Positions 42,101-51,970 of a stretch of DNA of 64,000 nt are shown here, one piece after another (the first letter of the stretch is position 1; the number at the start of each line of letters is the position of its first letter). This DNA is from Pecten maximus. Lineage: Eukaryota. Where the stretch lies: contig NC_047029.1 in assembly GCF_902652985.1 (NCBI RefSeq), positions 3,658,001 through 3,722,000 of the forward strand, given 5' to 3'. Made by a program: the position numbers and the translations under genes. The notes under the pieces are model-generated. The model saw only the letters and a program-made list of their open reading frames with translations. It was not told where the DNA came from and did no database searches.

Positions 42101-45100
42101 ATGAGGCTGGCACATGAATCTGTCATGTCTGGGCACTTAGCAGCTAAGCGGACCACTAGCCGGGTTTTGTCGGAGTTCTTCTGGCCGGGTGTTCAAGCGG
42201 AGGTCATCAGATTTTGCAGATCTTGCGACATATGCCAGAAGACATTCCCGAAAGGAAGAGTTCCTAAGGCTCCGCTTGGTGATATGCCTCTTATTGACAC
42301 TCCATTCAAGAGAATCGCCGTAGATCTGATTGGACCACTGGAGCCAGCGACAGAACGAGGGAATCGTTTCATTTTGACTGTCGTCGATTACGCCACTCGA
42401 TATCCGGAGGCGGTTGCTTTGAAAGGAATAGAGACCGAGAGAGTTGCAGAAGCACTTGTTGACATTTTCAGCAGAGTGGGAATTCCTTCTGAGATGCTTA
42501 GCGACCAGGGTGCACAGTTTACATCGGAGATGATGAGAGAGGTTAGTCGACTGTTATCCATCAGACAACTGACAACTACGCCATATCATCCGATGTGCAA
42601 TGGGCTAGTGGAAAGGTTTAATGGAACCCTGAAGCAAATGTTGCGCAAGATGAGTGTAGAGCGACCAAAGGATTGGGACAGATTTATCAACCCTCTACTG
42701 TTTGCCTACCGTGAGGTTCCTCAAGAATCACTTGGATTTTCACCATTCGAGTTGCTGTACGGTAGAGCAGTTAGAGGGCCTATGATGATCCTGAAGGAGT
42801 TGATGACGAAGGATATACCAGACGAGGAAGTGAAGACCACCTATCAGTACGTAATGGATTTACGAGAGAGGATGGAGGAAACGTGTCAACTAGCATCAGA
42901 GCATCTTAGAGATGCAAAGATAAAACAGAAGAGACATTTCAACAGGAGAGCGAGACAACGACACCTTAAGGCGGGAGACAGGGTTTTAGTACTCTTACCA
43001 ACGAAGGCCAACAAACTGCTGATGCAGTGGAGAGGACCTTACGAAGTAGTTGAGAAGGTGGGACCAACAGATTACCGTGTTAACAGAGATGGGAAAGTGA
43101 AGGTACTGCATGTCAATCTTCTTAAGAAGTACGAGGAGCAGAAGAAGAGTCGGGAAGACTTATTGACAGTGACTACTGAAGGTGTTATGGCTTGTGTCAT
43201 GTCCATGGTCATTGACGAGGAAGATGACGACAATGGTGAGGAATTAAGTCAAGTGTTGGAGACTCTTCCTTGTGACAGAGGGAAAGAAGGAATCCAAGAT
43301 GTGGAGATTTCACAAGACTTATCCGATGAGCAGAGAAGTGAGGTGAGGACTTTACTCGAGGGATATAGTGATGTGTTAACAGACCAGCCAGGAAGAACAG
43401 TACTTGCTGAACATGACATTGTGACTACAACGGCGGAACCTGTTCGTGTGAAACCTTATCCTTTGCCATTCAACACCAAGGCGGTTATAACAGAAGAGGT
43501 AGAGAAGATGTTGGAAATGAGAGTTATTGAACCTTCATCGTCACCCTATTCAGCACCTGTAGTGATGGTCAAAAAGAAAGACGGTTCAAATCGGTTCTGC
43601 ATTGAATTTCAGGAGACTTAACCGAGTGACCGTCTTTGACGCAGAGCCTATGCCGAATACCGATGAAATATTTTCCAGATTGGCAGGCGCTCGTTATTTC
43701 TCCAAACTTGACCTCAGCAAAGGATACTGGCAGGTGCCATTGACTGAGAGAGCGAAACCAATGACAGCATTCACAACGCCAAAGGGATTGTTTCAGTTCA
43801 GGGTTATGCCATTTGGTTTGGTGAACGCCCCGGCGACTTTTAGTCGTATGATGAGAAAGCTGTTGGCAGGAATGGACAATCTCGAGAACTTCATAGATGA
43901 TATTCTCATCTACACTTCTACATGGCAGGAACACTTGGATGTTTTGAAGGAATTGTTTTTACGACTGCGTGAGGCAGGATTGACTGCTAGACCAAGCAAG
44001 TGTGCATTAGGATTTCCGAACTTACCTTGCCTTGGACATGTGGTTGGTTCAGGACGACTAGAATTGGAGCAGGCGAAAGTGAAAGCGATTGCAGAAGCTC
44101 CAAGGCCAACAAGTAAGAAGCAAGTTCGTTCATTCTTGGGACTGGCTGGATTTTATCGCAAGTTCATTCCAAATTTCGCAGCCATCAGTGTTCCCCTGAC
44201 AGATTTGACAAAGAAGGGTAACCCCAACAAAGTCGTGTGGGAGGAAAGTCATGACATTGCCTTCAACACTTTGAAGAAAATGCTATCAGCCAAACCTGTA
44301 TTGAAGCTCGCTGATCTGGATCAGGAATTTATACTGCGCACCGATGCGTCAGATTCTGGATTAGGCGCTGTGTTACTGCAAGAAGATGCAGACAAGAAGT
44401 TGCCTGTTGCCTACGCGAGTAGGAAACTCTTACCTAGAGAACAGAATTATGCGATAGTGGAGAGGGAATGTTTGGCAATCGTCTGGGGAATCCAGAAGTT
44501 TGAGCCCTACTTGTATGGAAGAGAGTTTGTCCTTGAAACTGACCATCAGCCACTTACATATCTCCACAGATCGAGGACGGCAAACGCCAGATTGATGCGG
44601 TGGGCGCTGACACTCCAGCCTTACAGATTTCGGATTCGAGCGATAAAGGGTGTGGACAATGTTGGTGCTGATTATCTGAGCAGGATATGAACAACTATTG
44701 ACTATCCATACTCCGTGATCTTTTGAAAAAGTGTACCACTTTTTTCCGGAATGGGGGGATATTTGTCACGTCGTATGTATATAATTGTTATTTGTTGTCG
44801 TGCGGTGTTTGTAATTATATGTTGCTAATTGGCTACCGTACGGGAGTGTGTGACCAGGTAGGTGCGAGGTCATAATGAGTTAAAGTCTCGGACCGCGATT
44901 TACGGGTGTTTTACCCTATCTATACTGCGTTAGCAGTGGAATTTATATCAGGCACAGATGTCAGACTGTGGTAAGTCTATCTTTATATTTCTGTACCTAT
45001 TTTACTGTTTTCATAGCCTTATTTTTGATAAATATCTTTGGTAAACACTCTTTAGAGAGCGTGCGGCTCAGTGATGCGTAACATTGTTGTTATTGTTTGT

Positions 45101-48100
45101 TGTGCTTATTTAAGGTATATATTTACGAATATCACTTTGTAATTTGCCATAAATATTATTATTTAAGCTATGTGTATATATATTTGTAATTATTATAACT
45201 TAAACTAATGTTATAAATTTGAAGTGTACTCAGGTGAGAACGTATGCATGTTTTGAAAAGTATGGAAGCCTTGAGTGGCCGTATGATGTGTGCATTGTTT
45301 TCAACATAGTTCTTAGGATATTCTGAGCCCGCACATAGTCGTTTGTGAAATCATTATCTATTACATTGTAGTATATTGTGAGTAATATATAACGGTAATT
45401 TAGCCTTTTTACTATTAATAATTAATATTGATATTAATTATTTGATTAAGATTGTTGTGTAATAACTTCGGTATAAGTGAGGTTTGTGTGCAAGTATTAG
45501 ACAACTTGTATTATTATTCTTTAAGCTCCATGTGAGGGTCACACCAGCATATGAACCCCTACCAGGGCCTATACCATCGCCAGGGAATGCCGGCGCCAGG
45601 ACCATCAGACAGGATGGTCAGCCATCATTACATCCCGAGCGCCAGGACAGGTCAGGAGGTACAGGAGTGATTTAAACACTGACAAGCTTGAGGAGGTTTG
45701 TGCTCCAGAAGTGCTACAGTGTCAGTGTTTGGATGTGTCACATAAGGTGTTTGTGTAACCAACGTGCTTAGTGTTGTTGGTTGTTGGTATCCTGTGTGGA
45801 AACCTTAACTTGTATTCTGACTGCGGTTGGAAATACGTCATGTGTAATGGACTGGCACAGTTATAGCTACAGCTACAGATATACCGCACATGTTTGATGC
45901 GCGTTTGTGGATTTGATTGACCATTGTTTTGGAGCAGAGACTTTAGTGAATCTAAATTTGTGTGGAAATGGCTGAGAGTGAGTGTGTTTTGTTGTTTTGT
46001 TGTAAATAAATTGTTAATTTTCATATCCAATGTTGTTTTCATTTCTCATCTAACTACTCGACGCTCGTCCTACGTAACACACATTACTCTTTATATACGA
46101 TACATCAATTTTTCTATAGGATTTACATTAATATTTACATACGATACATCAATATTTCTATAGGATTTACATTACTATTTATATACGATACATCAATATT
46201 TATGTAGGATTTACATTACCCTTTATATACGATACATCAATATTTCTGTAGGATTTACATTACTATTTACATACGATACATCAATATTTCTGTAGGATTT
46301 ACATTACCCTTTATATACGATACATCAATTTTTCTGTAGGATTTACATTACTATTTACATACGATACATCAATTTTTCTATAGGATTTACATTACTATTT
46401 ACATACGATACATCAATATTTCTATAGTATTTACATTACTATTTACATACGATACGTCAATATTTCTATAGGATTTACATTACCCTTTATATACGATACA
46501 TCAATATTTTTGTAGGATTCACATATTACTCTTTATATACCATACATCAATATTTCTGTAAGATTTACATTACTATTTACATACGATACATCAATATTTC
46601 TATAGGATTTACATTACTATTTATATACTATACATCAATATTTCTGTAGGATTTACATTACTATTTATATACGATACATCAATATTTCTGTATGATTTAC
46701 ATTACTCTTTGTATACGATACATCAATATTTCTGTAGGATTTACATTACTCTTTGTATACGATACATCAATATTTCTGTAGGATTTCCATTACTCTTTGT
46801 ATACGATACATTAATTTTTCTATAGGATTTGCATTACTCTTTATATACTATACATCAATATTTCTGTAGGATTTACATTACTCTTTATATACGATACATC
46901 AATATTTCTGTAGGATTTACATTACTATTTACATACGATACATCAATTGTTCTGTAGGATTTACATTACTCTTTATATACCATACATCAATATTTCTTTA
47001 GGATTTACATTACTCTTGATATACTATACATCAATATTTCGGTAGGATTCACATTACTCTTTGTATAAGATACATCAATATTTCGGTAGGATTCACATTA
47101 CTCTTTGTATACGATACATCAATATTTCGGTAGGATTTACATTTCTATTTATATACGATACATCAATATTTCTGTAGGATTCACATTACTATTTATATAC
47201 CATACATCAATATTTCTGTAGGATTCACATTACTCTTTATATACCATACATCAATATTTCTGTAGGATTTACATTTCTATTTATATACGATACATCAATA
47301 TTTCTGTAGGATTCACATTACTATTTATATACTATACATCAATATTTCTGTAGGATTTAAATTACTATTTATATACTATACATCAATATTTCTGTAGGAT
47401 TTACATTACTATTTATATACGATACATCAATATTTATGTAGTATTTACATGTACATTACTATTTACATACGATACATCAATATTTATGTAGGATTTACAT
47501 TACTATTTATATACTATACATCAATATTTCTGTAGGATTTAAATTACTATTTATATACTATACATCAATATTTATGTAGGATTTACATTACTCTTTATAT
47601 ACTATACATCAATATTTCTGTAGGATTTACATTACTCTTTATATACGATACATCGATATTTCTGTAGGATTTACATTACTATTTATATACCATACATCAA
47701 TATCTCTGGGATTTTAGTTACTATAAATATACAATAATCAATATCTATGTAGGATTTTCATTTCTATTTATATACGATACATCAATATTTATGTAGTATT
47801 TACATGTACATTACTATTTATATACCATACATCAATATCTCTGGGATTTTAGTTACTATAAATATACAATAATCAATATCTATGTAGGATTTTCATTTCT
47901 ATTTATATACCATACATCAATATTTCTGTAGGATTTACATTACTCTTTATATACCATACATCAATATTTCTGTAGGATTCACATTACTCTTTATATACTA
48001 TACATCAATATTTCTATAGGATTTACATTACTCTTTATATACGATACATCAATATTTCTGTAGGATTTACATTTCTATTTATATACGATACATCAATTTT

Positions 48101-51100
48101 TCTGTAGGATTTACATTACTCTTTATATACGATACATCAATATTTCTGTAGGATTTACATTAAACATGAGTGTTATGTCGGCTTTCTTTACATCACTTTT
48201 TATAGTCATGACAACAAACACCCGTATGAACACTACATAGAATTAAAATGTAAGGACCAATGTCGATCTCCCAATGAAATTAAGCTACAAATAGGAGAAA
48301 AATCGTCAACAGTTTTATATTAACTTCATAGTACTCCTCCATACCTCGTCCCGATAATCTACACCAACCCCCGACTTGATTAGACTCAGCGCTTCTCTCC
48401 GTTGTTTATTCTGTAAGGCGGCCAGTAGTTGGATCTGACAAAGAAAAAACAATGTGTTAACAACAAGAGAATGGCGACTATAGAACAGAACTATCTTTTG
48501 TCAGATTTCTATTGATAATGACTTACAGGTTCTGTTTAAATCGCCCTCAAAATTAAAAAAAAAATCCAAATTTCTTACACTCTATGTTATTTTTCAGATT
48601 TCTTTTAATGATGAAGTTATTCAAAATATCCCAAAAGAAATATTTACATGGAAAATAACACCAAGCTTTCATGAAGAATAGTCATCTTAAGCTTTATCAG
48701 AAGAATCCTGAAATGTTTCTCTCTCAAAATGAGAGTCAAGGAAATGAACAATGAAGCAACAGCCATTTAATCTTTAAATCCAAGATGGCACCAATAAAAC
48801 AAGTTGGAATGTGATCGGCTCATACCCACGGGTTTGAATTTGTTCAAAATTCAACATCTTAAAACATTCTTTTCATATCTACTCTCTAATGATCTTTATT
48901 GTCCCTATCACCTCTTTCTCTATGCTAAGTTCTACCTCTCTACTTCTAGTCTTCCTTCTAACTTCTCATACCTATACTTGGAATGTTCCGCTGTTGTTCT
49001 CCCCTGACCCCTATGACCTCTTTAGTTCCCGGATTGCAGAGTGTGTGCTCATGCTAGTGTTCACGTGTGTGTTTTTCCGACCTGGTCGTCGCTCGATTAT
49101 AATGTTTGTATTCAATGACAATGGGTAACGATTTAGTGTCTAATAGACGGCGATCGGATGTTTTTACCTATGCACGCACGATGCCCTTTCTCGGAAACCT
49201 CCTCAGATCATTAAATGGGGTCATGGCGTGTACAAAGTATATTGTATTCAACTTAGGTTACGTTGTTCAACTGATTTTATCTTGCCTTATCAATAACTCG
49301 AGTTTTTTCCAAGTGCTACAATTGCTTCTGTTATGCTGTAATGACGTTCTTCTAAATCTAGGCCCTGATGACCATTCTAAAGATATTTCTATTTTTCATT
49401 TTAATATTCGTAGCGTGAGGAACAAGTTGTCATATCTAGAAAATATAGCATCTGATTTTGATATTGTCTGTATCACAGGTAATTTATTCAGAACCAATAT
49501 AGTTGATGACCAGATGTGCCACTGTGGCTCTCCAATTGAAGACAGCTATCATATCTTTTTTGACTGTATTACTTATGCTGAACAGAGAACGACACTCTTC
49601 AGAAAACTGTCTGCATACAATCCTCTATCTGTGAACCTACTTCTTTTTGGAGATTTAAATATATCTGTTCAGGAAAACGGAAATTTTTTTATACACACTC
49701 AGCAATTCAACCAGGATTCTGATAGATTCTAGTCATCTATGCTTAATAACACATAATTTTAAAAGATATGTCTCATTTAAATTGTTGATTGATTTATCAA
49801 AGGGAAGCACCCTTGCCCGAAGACACAATTTTGGGCTTTGTTTTAAATCTGCTTGGTGTGTATATGGTTTGTATTATTATTTTGTACCTATTATACATAA
49901 ACTATTTAGTACGACGACAAACAACTATTGTAAGTCACTCGAGGATGTCGTCATACTTGGAATAACATCTCGTGCTATTTAAGGACCCAGAGTAATTACC
50001 TGGATAGGTTCCAGAAAGGAAAAAAAATATCTATACTTGGATTGACAGGTTTATCCTGGAGAATGTACAGCTCAAATTGTACATAGTAACATAGTTTATA
50101 TTAACTAACAATATTATTTGTTGTTACTTTATCTTCATGTCAAAAAAAAATGTAATTGATGATATAGTTTTAACGCAATAAATAAACAAAGGCACAATCA
50201 CATTCGCGCTTCAACGAAGAAAATTTACAACCTTCAGACCGCTATCGCCATCGCTAATTCACACTACACTTACAGTTTAAGCTAGTCGCTAGTACACACT
50301 GGTAGCCATGAGTAACAAAATCATTGAACCTTACAGCTGGATGTTCCATAGATTGGTCAAACCGTGTGTTTAGTTTAAGATGTATCAGAATTTTTTTTTA
50401 AAAAGTTGAAATTTAGTTTGCTTATAAATATAAGAGATGATATTTTCTACTATTTCAACTAGTTATAACAATACTAACTAATAAGTTGTTTTTTATATTA
50501 TTACATAAAAGTATGCTATATAGTGAACTGACCCCCTCTAGAACATTAAAATTATAGATAAAATTGAGCTTTATGATTTTGATCCTAAGTTTCAAACTAG
50601 GGGCAGATAATCTAGTATTAGAATTTAGCTTGTCAAATTTTAACAAAACAACTTAGGGTCTGGTGGCCAGTCTAGCAATTTATCAGTATGCATTTAATTA
50701 TAAGCTTATAAATATAACACAATTTATATGAACGTTTTCTCTTGGTATTGCGGGCTCCTCTCACACTAAAACGCACTTCCATCCGGGTCAACAAACGTGA
50801 TTGATATCAGTTCATATAATATGTTTCGCATATGTTGTGTTATTTTATGTACATTTTTACAGTGATATTGTATAGTGTATTATATTACTTTGTATTTTCA
50901 TTGTAGATATATCATATTGCATTGTATTTTCATAATATATGGTATAAAACATTGTATTTTCATAGTATATTAATTACATTGTATTTTCATAATATATTAT
51001 ATTGCATTGTATTTTCATAATATATGGTATACAACATTGTATTTTCATTGCATATTATATTACATTGTGTTTTCATAGTAGATAGTATATTATATTACAT

Positions 51101-51276
51101 CATATTTTCATATTATATTATATTGTATTTCATAGTATATTATATTGCATTGTATTTCCATAGTATATGGTATACAACATTGGATTTTCATTGCATATTA
51201 TATTACACTGTGTTGTCATAGTACATTAAAATACCTTTCGTTTCCTGTCATCTTCAATTTCCACAACTTCCGACAT
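27166..51276 (-). CDS. Paralog C: intact 739-aa ANK(x~4)-ZU5-ZU5-UPA-Death domain protein with HFS autoproteolysis-like motif
   Basis: 12 GT-AG exons: 51276-51235, 48434-48345, 35874-35776, 34873-34775, 33819-33721, 31490-31393, 30625-30283, 29751-29563, 29390-29089, 28729-28465, 28114-27805 and 27449-27166. The sum is 2220 nt (739 aa plus stop) with all phases compatible and an in-frame stop just upstream of the ATG. Motifs: ankyrin (GSYPLHYAA, GRTALHKAAMRGH); ZU5 junction (CFSMASRQK..EPEAEIDIPAGTF); WEEI..AVFKIRHFS; UPA-like GQRFKFVIQGNF..SGTVDIY; death-domain-like LNQW..LKEALAAIGRQDL. Confidence 0.85.
33030..33620 (-). mobile_element. Degenerate Penelope-like element reverse transcriptase remnant
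   Basis: Minus-strand translation fragments RTNSTPLFVGLFL, EINTKSSTSAAYLD and DDLNFPSVNFPFLYSNIHASLTYGVCTSQ resemble PLE RT motifs (GTNCAPLLADLFL, SASYLD, DDFNF.IVNFPFL.SNIP...YGVYISQ). Frameshifts and an internal deletion are present. Confidence 0.55.
34004..34528 (-). mobile_element. Composite Meta-SINE-like element with 12-bp TSD
   Basis: TSD CTAGTATATTAC (33992-34003, 34529-34540). The minus strand has a degenerate tRNA-like head, a Meta/MESC-like core (TTTAAAAATGGTAG..GCTTAGCGCTCAGCA) and the same AAATGACC..GCTGTTAATAGGACG..(CCAAA)n tail as the V-SINEs. Confidence 0.75.
36020..38634. repeat. 44-bp minisatellite, left arm (intron 2 of paralog C)
   Basis: Unit TTTATATACGATACATCAATATTTCTGTAGGATTTACATTACTC; period 44 read directly. 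Confidence 0.95.
38635..39948 (+). repeat. 5' LTR (1314 bp)
   Basis: TGTCACG...CGTAACA; about 10 substitutions and one 2-bp indel versus the 3' LTR, counted by eye. Confidence 0.95.
39952..39969 (+). promoter_or_regulatory. Primer binding site complementary to tRNA-Leu 3' end
   Basis: TGGTGGCAGCGGTGGGAT, 3 nt after the LTR, is the reverse complement of ATCCCACCGCTGCCACCA. Confidence 0.85.
40331..43621 (+). CDS. Gag-protease-integrase-(RT N-terminus) polyprotein
   Basis: Likely start MSTTQE at 40331. SCAN-like capsid CTD (LMLRDQFI..LKERSPTS..LADQY), CCHC knuckle CYNCGKLGHISYDC (about 41246), protease LRDTGCS (about 41528), integrase H..H..CRSCDIC, D-D-E (AVDLIG/SDQG/VERFN), GPY module, and RT start PYSAPVVMVKKKDG. 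Confidence 0.9.
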   Translation: MSTTQELIAIGKEMKYEGTALQDFVTEQQALARDEREKERSFRLEMEKKNLVLEQAKIEAEREARSHARLEQEHKWKLELLQAGGGEQRADVQIPREAMIQRGPKLPAFDESHDNMDAYLQRFERYAEAQKWEHSHWGANLSALLKGKALEVFSRLPVDKALDFEELRKALLLRFEMTEEGFRKSFRTARPEGGETFSQFATRLENYMERWVELSKTEKTYKKLKDLMLRDQFIHCCGQELPLFLKERSPTSFVEMARLADQYVEARGTKASQVTGRGQKSGYSKPHERGNQDAHASKSSAKDKKCYNCGKLGHISYDCRLKKNVSGNKVASVVEEENRKKQASDAKRVTRKDRTSAIDKSHVKDSTTLSVSCDLRSSQSAGMPVMRGCVGSHCVSVLRDTGCSGVVVRRCLVDKDSFTDRVQLCTFADGSKLEAPIVVVEVDSPYFIGTTEAWALETPLYDLIIGNIPGAFPPDKPDKEWKMKEHDVQAVETRAHVKKKGSAYKSLKVPDLMTDMCSVEDLKDEQQRDPTLVKFRKLASEEQTYERDDGGSSTIFYQKGVMYRKFQSPKVRNGMTFRQLIVPERYRDMVMRLAHESVMSGHLAAKRTTSRVLSEFFWPGVQAEVIRFCRSCDICQKTFPKGRVPKAPLGDMPLIDTPFKRIAVDLIGPLEPATERGNRFILTVVDYATRYPEAVALKGIETERVAEALVDIFSRVGIPSEMLSDQGAQFTSEMMREVSRLLSIRQLTTTPYHPMCNGLVERFNGTLKQMLRKMSVERPKDWDRFINPLLFAYREVPQESLGFSPFELLYGRAVRGPMMILKELMTKDIPDEEVKTTYQYVMDLRERMEETCQLASEHLRDAKIKQKRHFNRRARQRHLKAGDRVLVLLPTKANKLLMQWRGPYEVVEKVGPTDYRVNRDGKVKVLHVNLLKKYEEQKKSREDLLTVTTEGVMACVMSMVIDEEDDDNGEELSQVLETLPCDRGKEGIQDVEISQDLSDEQRSEVRTLLEGYSDVLTDQPGRTVLAEHDIVTTTAEPVRVKPYPLPFNTKAVITEEVEKMLEMRVIEPSSSPYSAPVVMVKKKDGSNRFCIEFQET
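43602..44690 (+). CDS. Reverse transcriptase-RNase H (out of frame with upstream ORF by a 1-nt insertion)
   Basis: LDLSKGYWQ, MPFGLVNAPATF, FIDDIL; RNase H TDAS, ERECLA, TDH, ADYLSR. ATTGAATTTCAGG would read I-D-F-R if one A at 43605-43606 were removed. Confidence 0.9.
   Translation: MNFRRLNRVTVFDAEPMPNTDEIFSRLAGARYFSKLDLSKGYWQVPLTERAKPMTAFTTPKGLFQFRVMPFGLVNAPATFSRMMRKLLAGMDNLENFIDDILIYTSTWQEHLDVLKELFLRLREAGLTARPSKCALGFPNLPCLGHVVGSGRLELEQAKVKAIAEAPRPTSKKQVRSFLGLAGFYRKFIPNFAAISVPLTDLTKKGNPNKVVWEESHDIAFNTLKKMLSAKPVLKLADLDQEFILRTDASDSGLGAVLLQEDADKKLPVAYASRKLLPREQNYAIVERECLAIVWGIQKFEPYLYGREFVLETDHQPLTYLHRSRTANARLMRWALTLQPYRFRIRAIKGVDNVGADYLSRI
44748..44762 (+). promoter_or_regulatory. Polypurine tract
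   Basis: GGAATGGGGGGATAT immediately before the 3' LTR. Confidence 0.8.
44764..46079 (+). repeat. 3' LTR (1316 bp)
   Basis: Near-identical direct repeat of 38635-39948. Confidence 0.95.
46080..48162. repeat. 44-bp minisatellite, right arm
   Basis: Resumes in register directly after the TSD. Confidence 0.95.
49106..49732 (+). mobile_element. Internally deleted CR1/L2-group LINE: 2A-like/APE N-terminus fused to C-terminal Cys/His domain
   Basis: LLLLCCNDVLLNLGP, HFNIRS..NK and DIVCIT (APE start), joined at about 49478 to CHCGSPIEDSYHIFFDC..LLLFGD..RF* (ORF2 end). No RT in between. Confidence 0.7.
50870..51220. repeat. Degenerate ~30-bp AT-rich tandem repeat (TATATTACATTGTATTTTCATAG-like)
   Basis: Recurrent CATTGTATTTTCAT units. 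Confidence 0.65.
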
Positions 51277-51970
51277 GAGAAAAGATTATATATCATTAGC
51301 CAGTGTATCCTCGTAAATCGGCACACTTTCTGTTTATATATCACCGCATAGCTTTTGTACAGAACCTTCTTTAGGGAACCAATCAAGGGATCCACACTGA
51401 TAGCCCGATCCGTCCTACAGGGAGGTATATCGAGTTTCATGATACACGTTATTATGTACAGTATAGAACAATACATGTTATAGCTCATATCTAGGGTATC
51501 ATTGTCTGGTTAAGTGTTTTGTTATATTACCGAATTCGTCATCCATGTTACTACTTAGACCATTTGGTTAGACGAACATTTTAAGAAAATAACAAGATTT
51601 TTCTTTCTGTTCTCTTTTTGTTTCAGTGTTAAACGATATCGATTGTGTAAACTTTTAAGTTTTTTAAAGTTGTTTTTCCTGTGAACACCTAAGGTCAGAG
51701 TTGTATAGTGGTGAATACTTAACAGATCAACACAATTGAGTACTACCTATATTATCAAAAGCTATTTTGGCAAACCGTCTGTCCCAAATGCGCAACCGCA
51801 ACAGTACAGGGCGGGTTTGTTACGAGAACTCGGCTACATTTTTAAGCCATAGCAGAAAAGGGCAAAGATCAAACAAACACATTGATGTATTATACATGTC
51901 GAGTAGAGTGTGGGTACTGGTACGAAGGTGTCGTTAAAGTGTACATCAGTTTAACAATCTGGAGGAGGGA

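Larger units (their letters stand above)
38635..46079 (+). mobile_element. Full-length Gmr1-like Ty3/Gypsy LTR retrotransposon
   Basis: TG..CA LTRs at 38635-39948 and 44764-46079; 5-bp TSD CACAT (38630-38634, 46080-46084); PBS and PPT present; domain order gag-PR-IN-RT-RH. Confidence 0.95.

Noticed and set aside
36020-48162. CRISPR-like array
   Set aside because: Units are contiguous with no unique spacers, there are no cas genes, and the context is a eukaryotic intron.
27166-51276. Assigning gene symbol ANK, PIDD1 or DTHD1
   Set aside because: Architecture matches none exactly (too few ANK repeats, no LRRs, ANK sensor present); orthology cannot be established without phylogeny.
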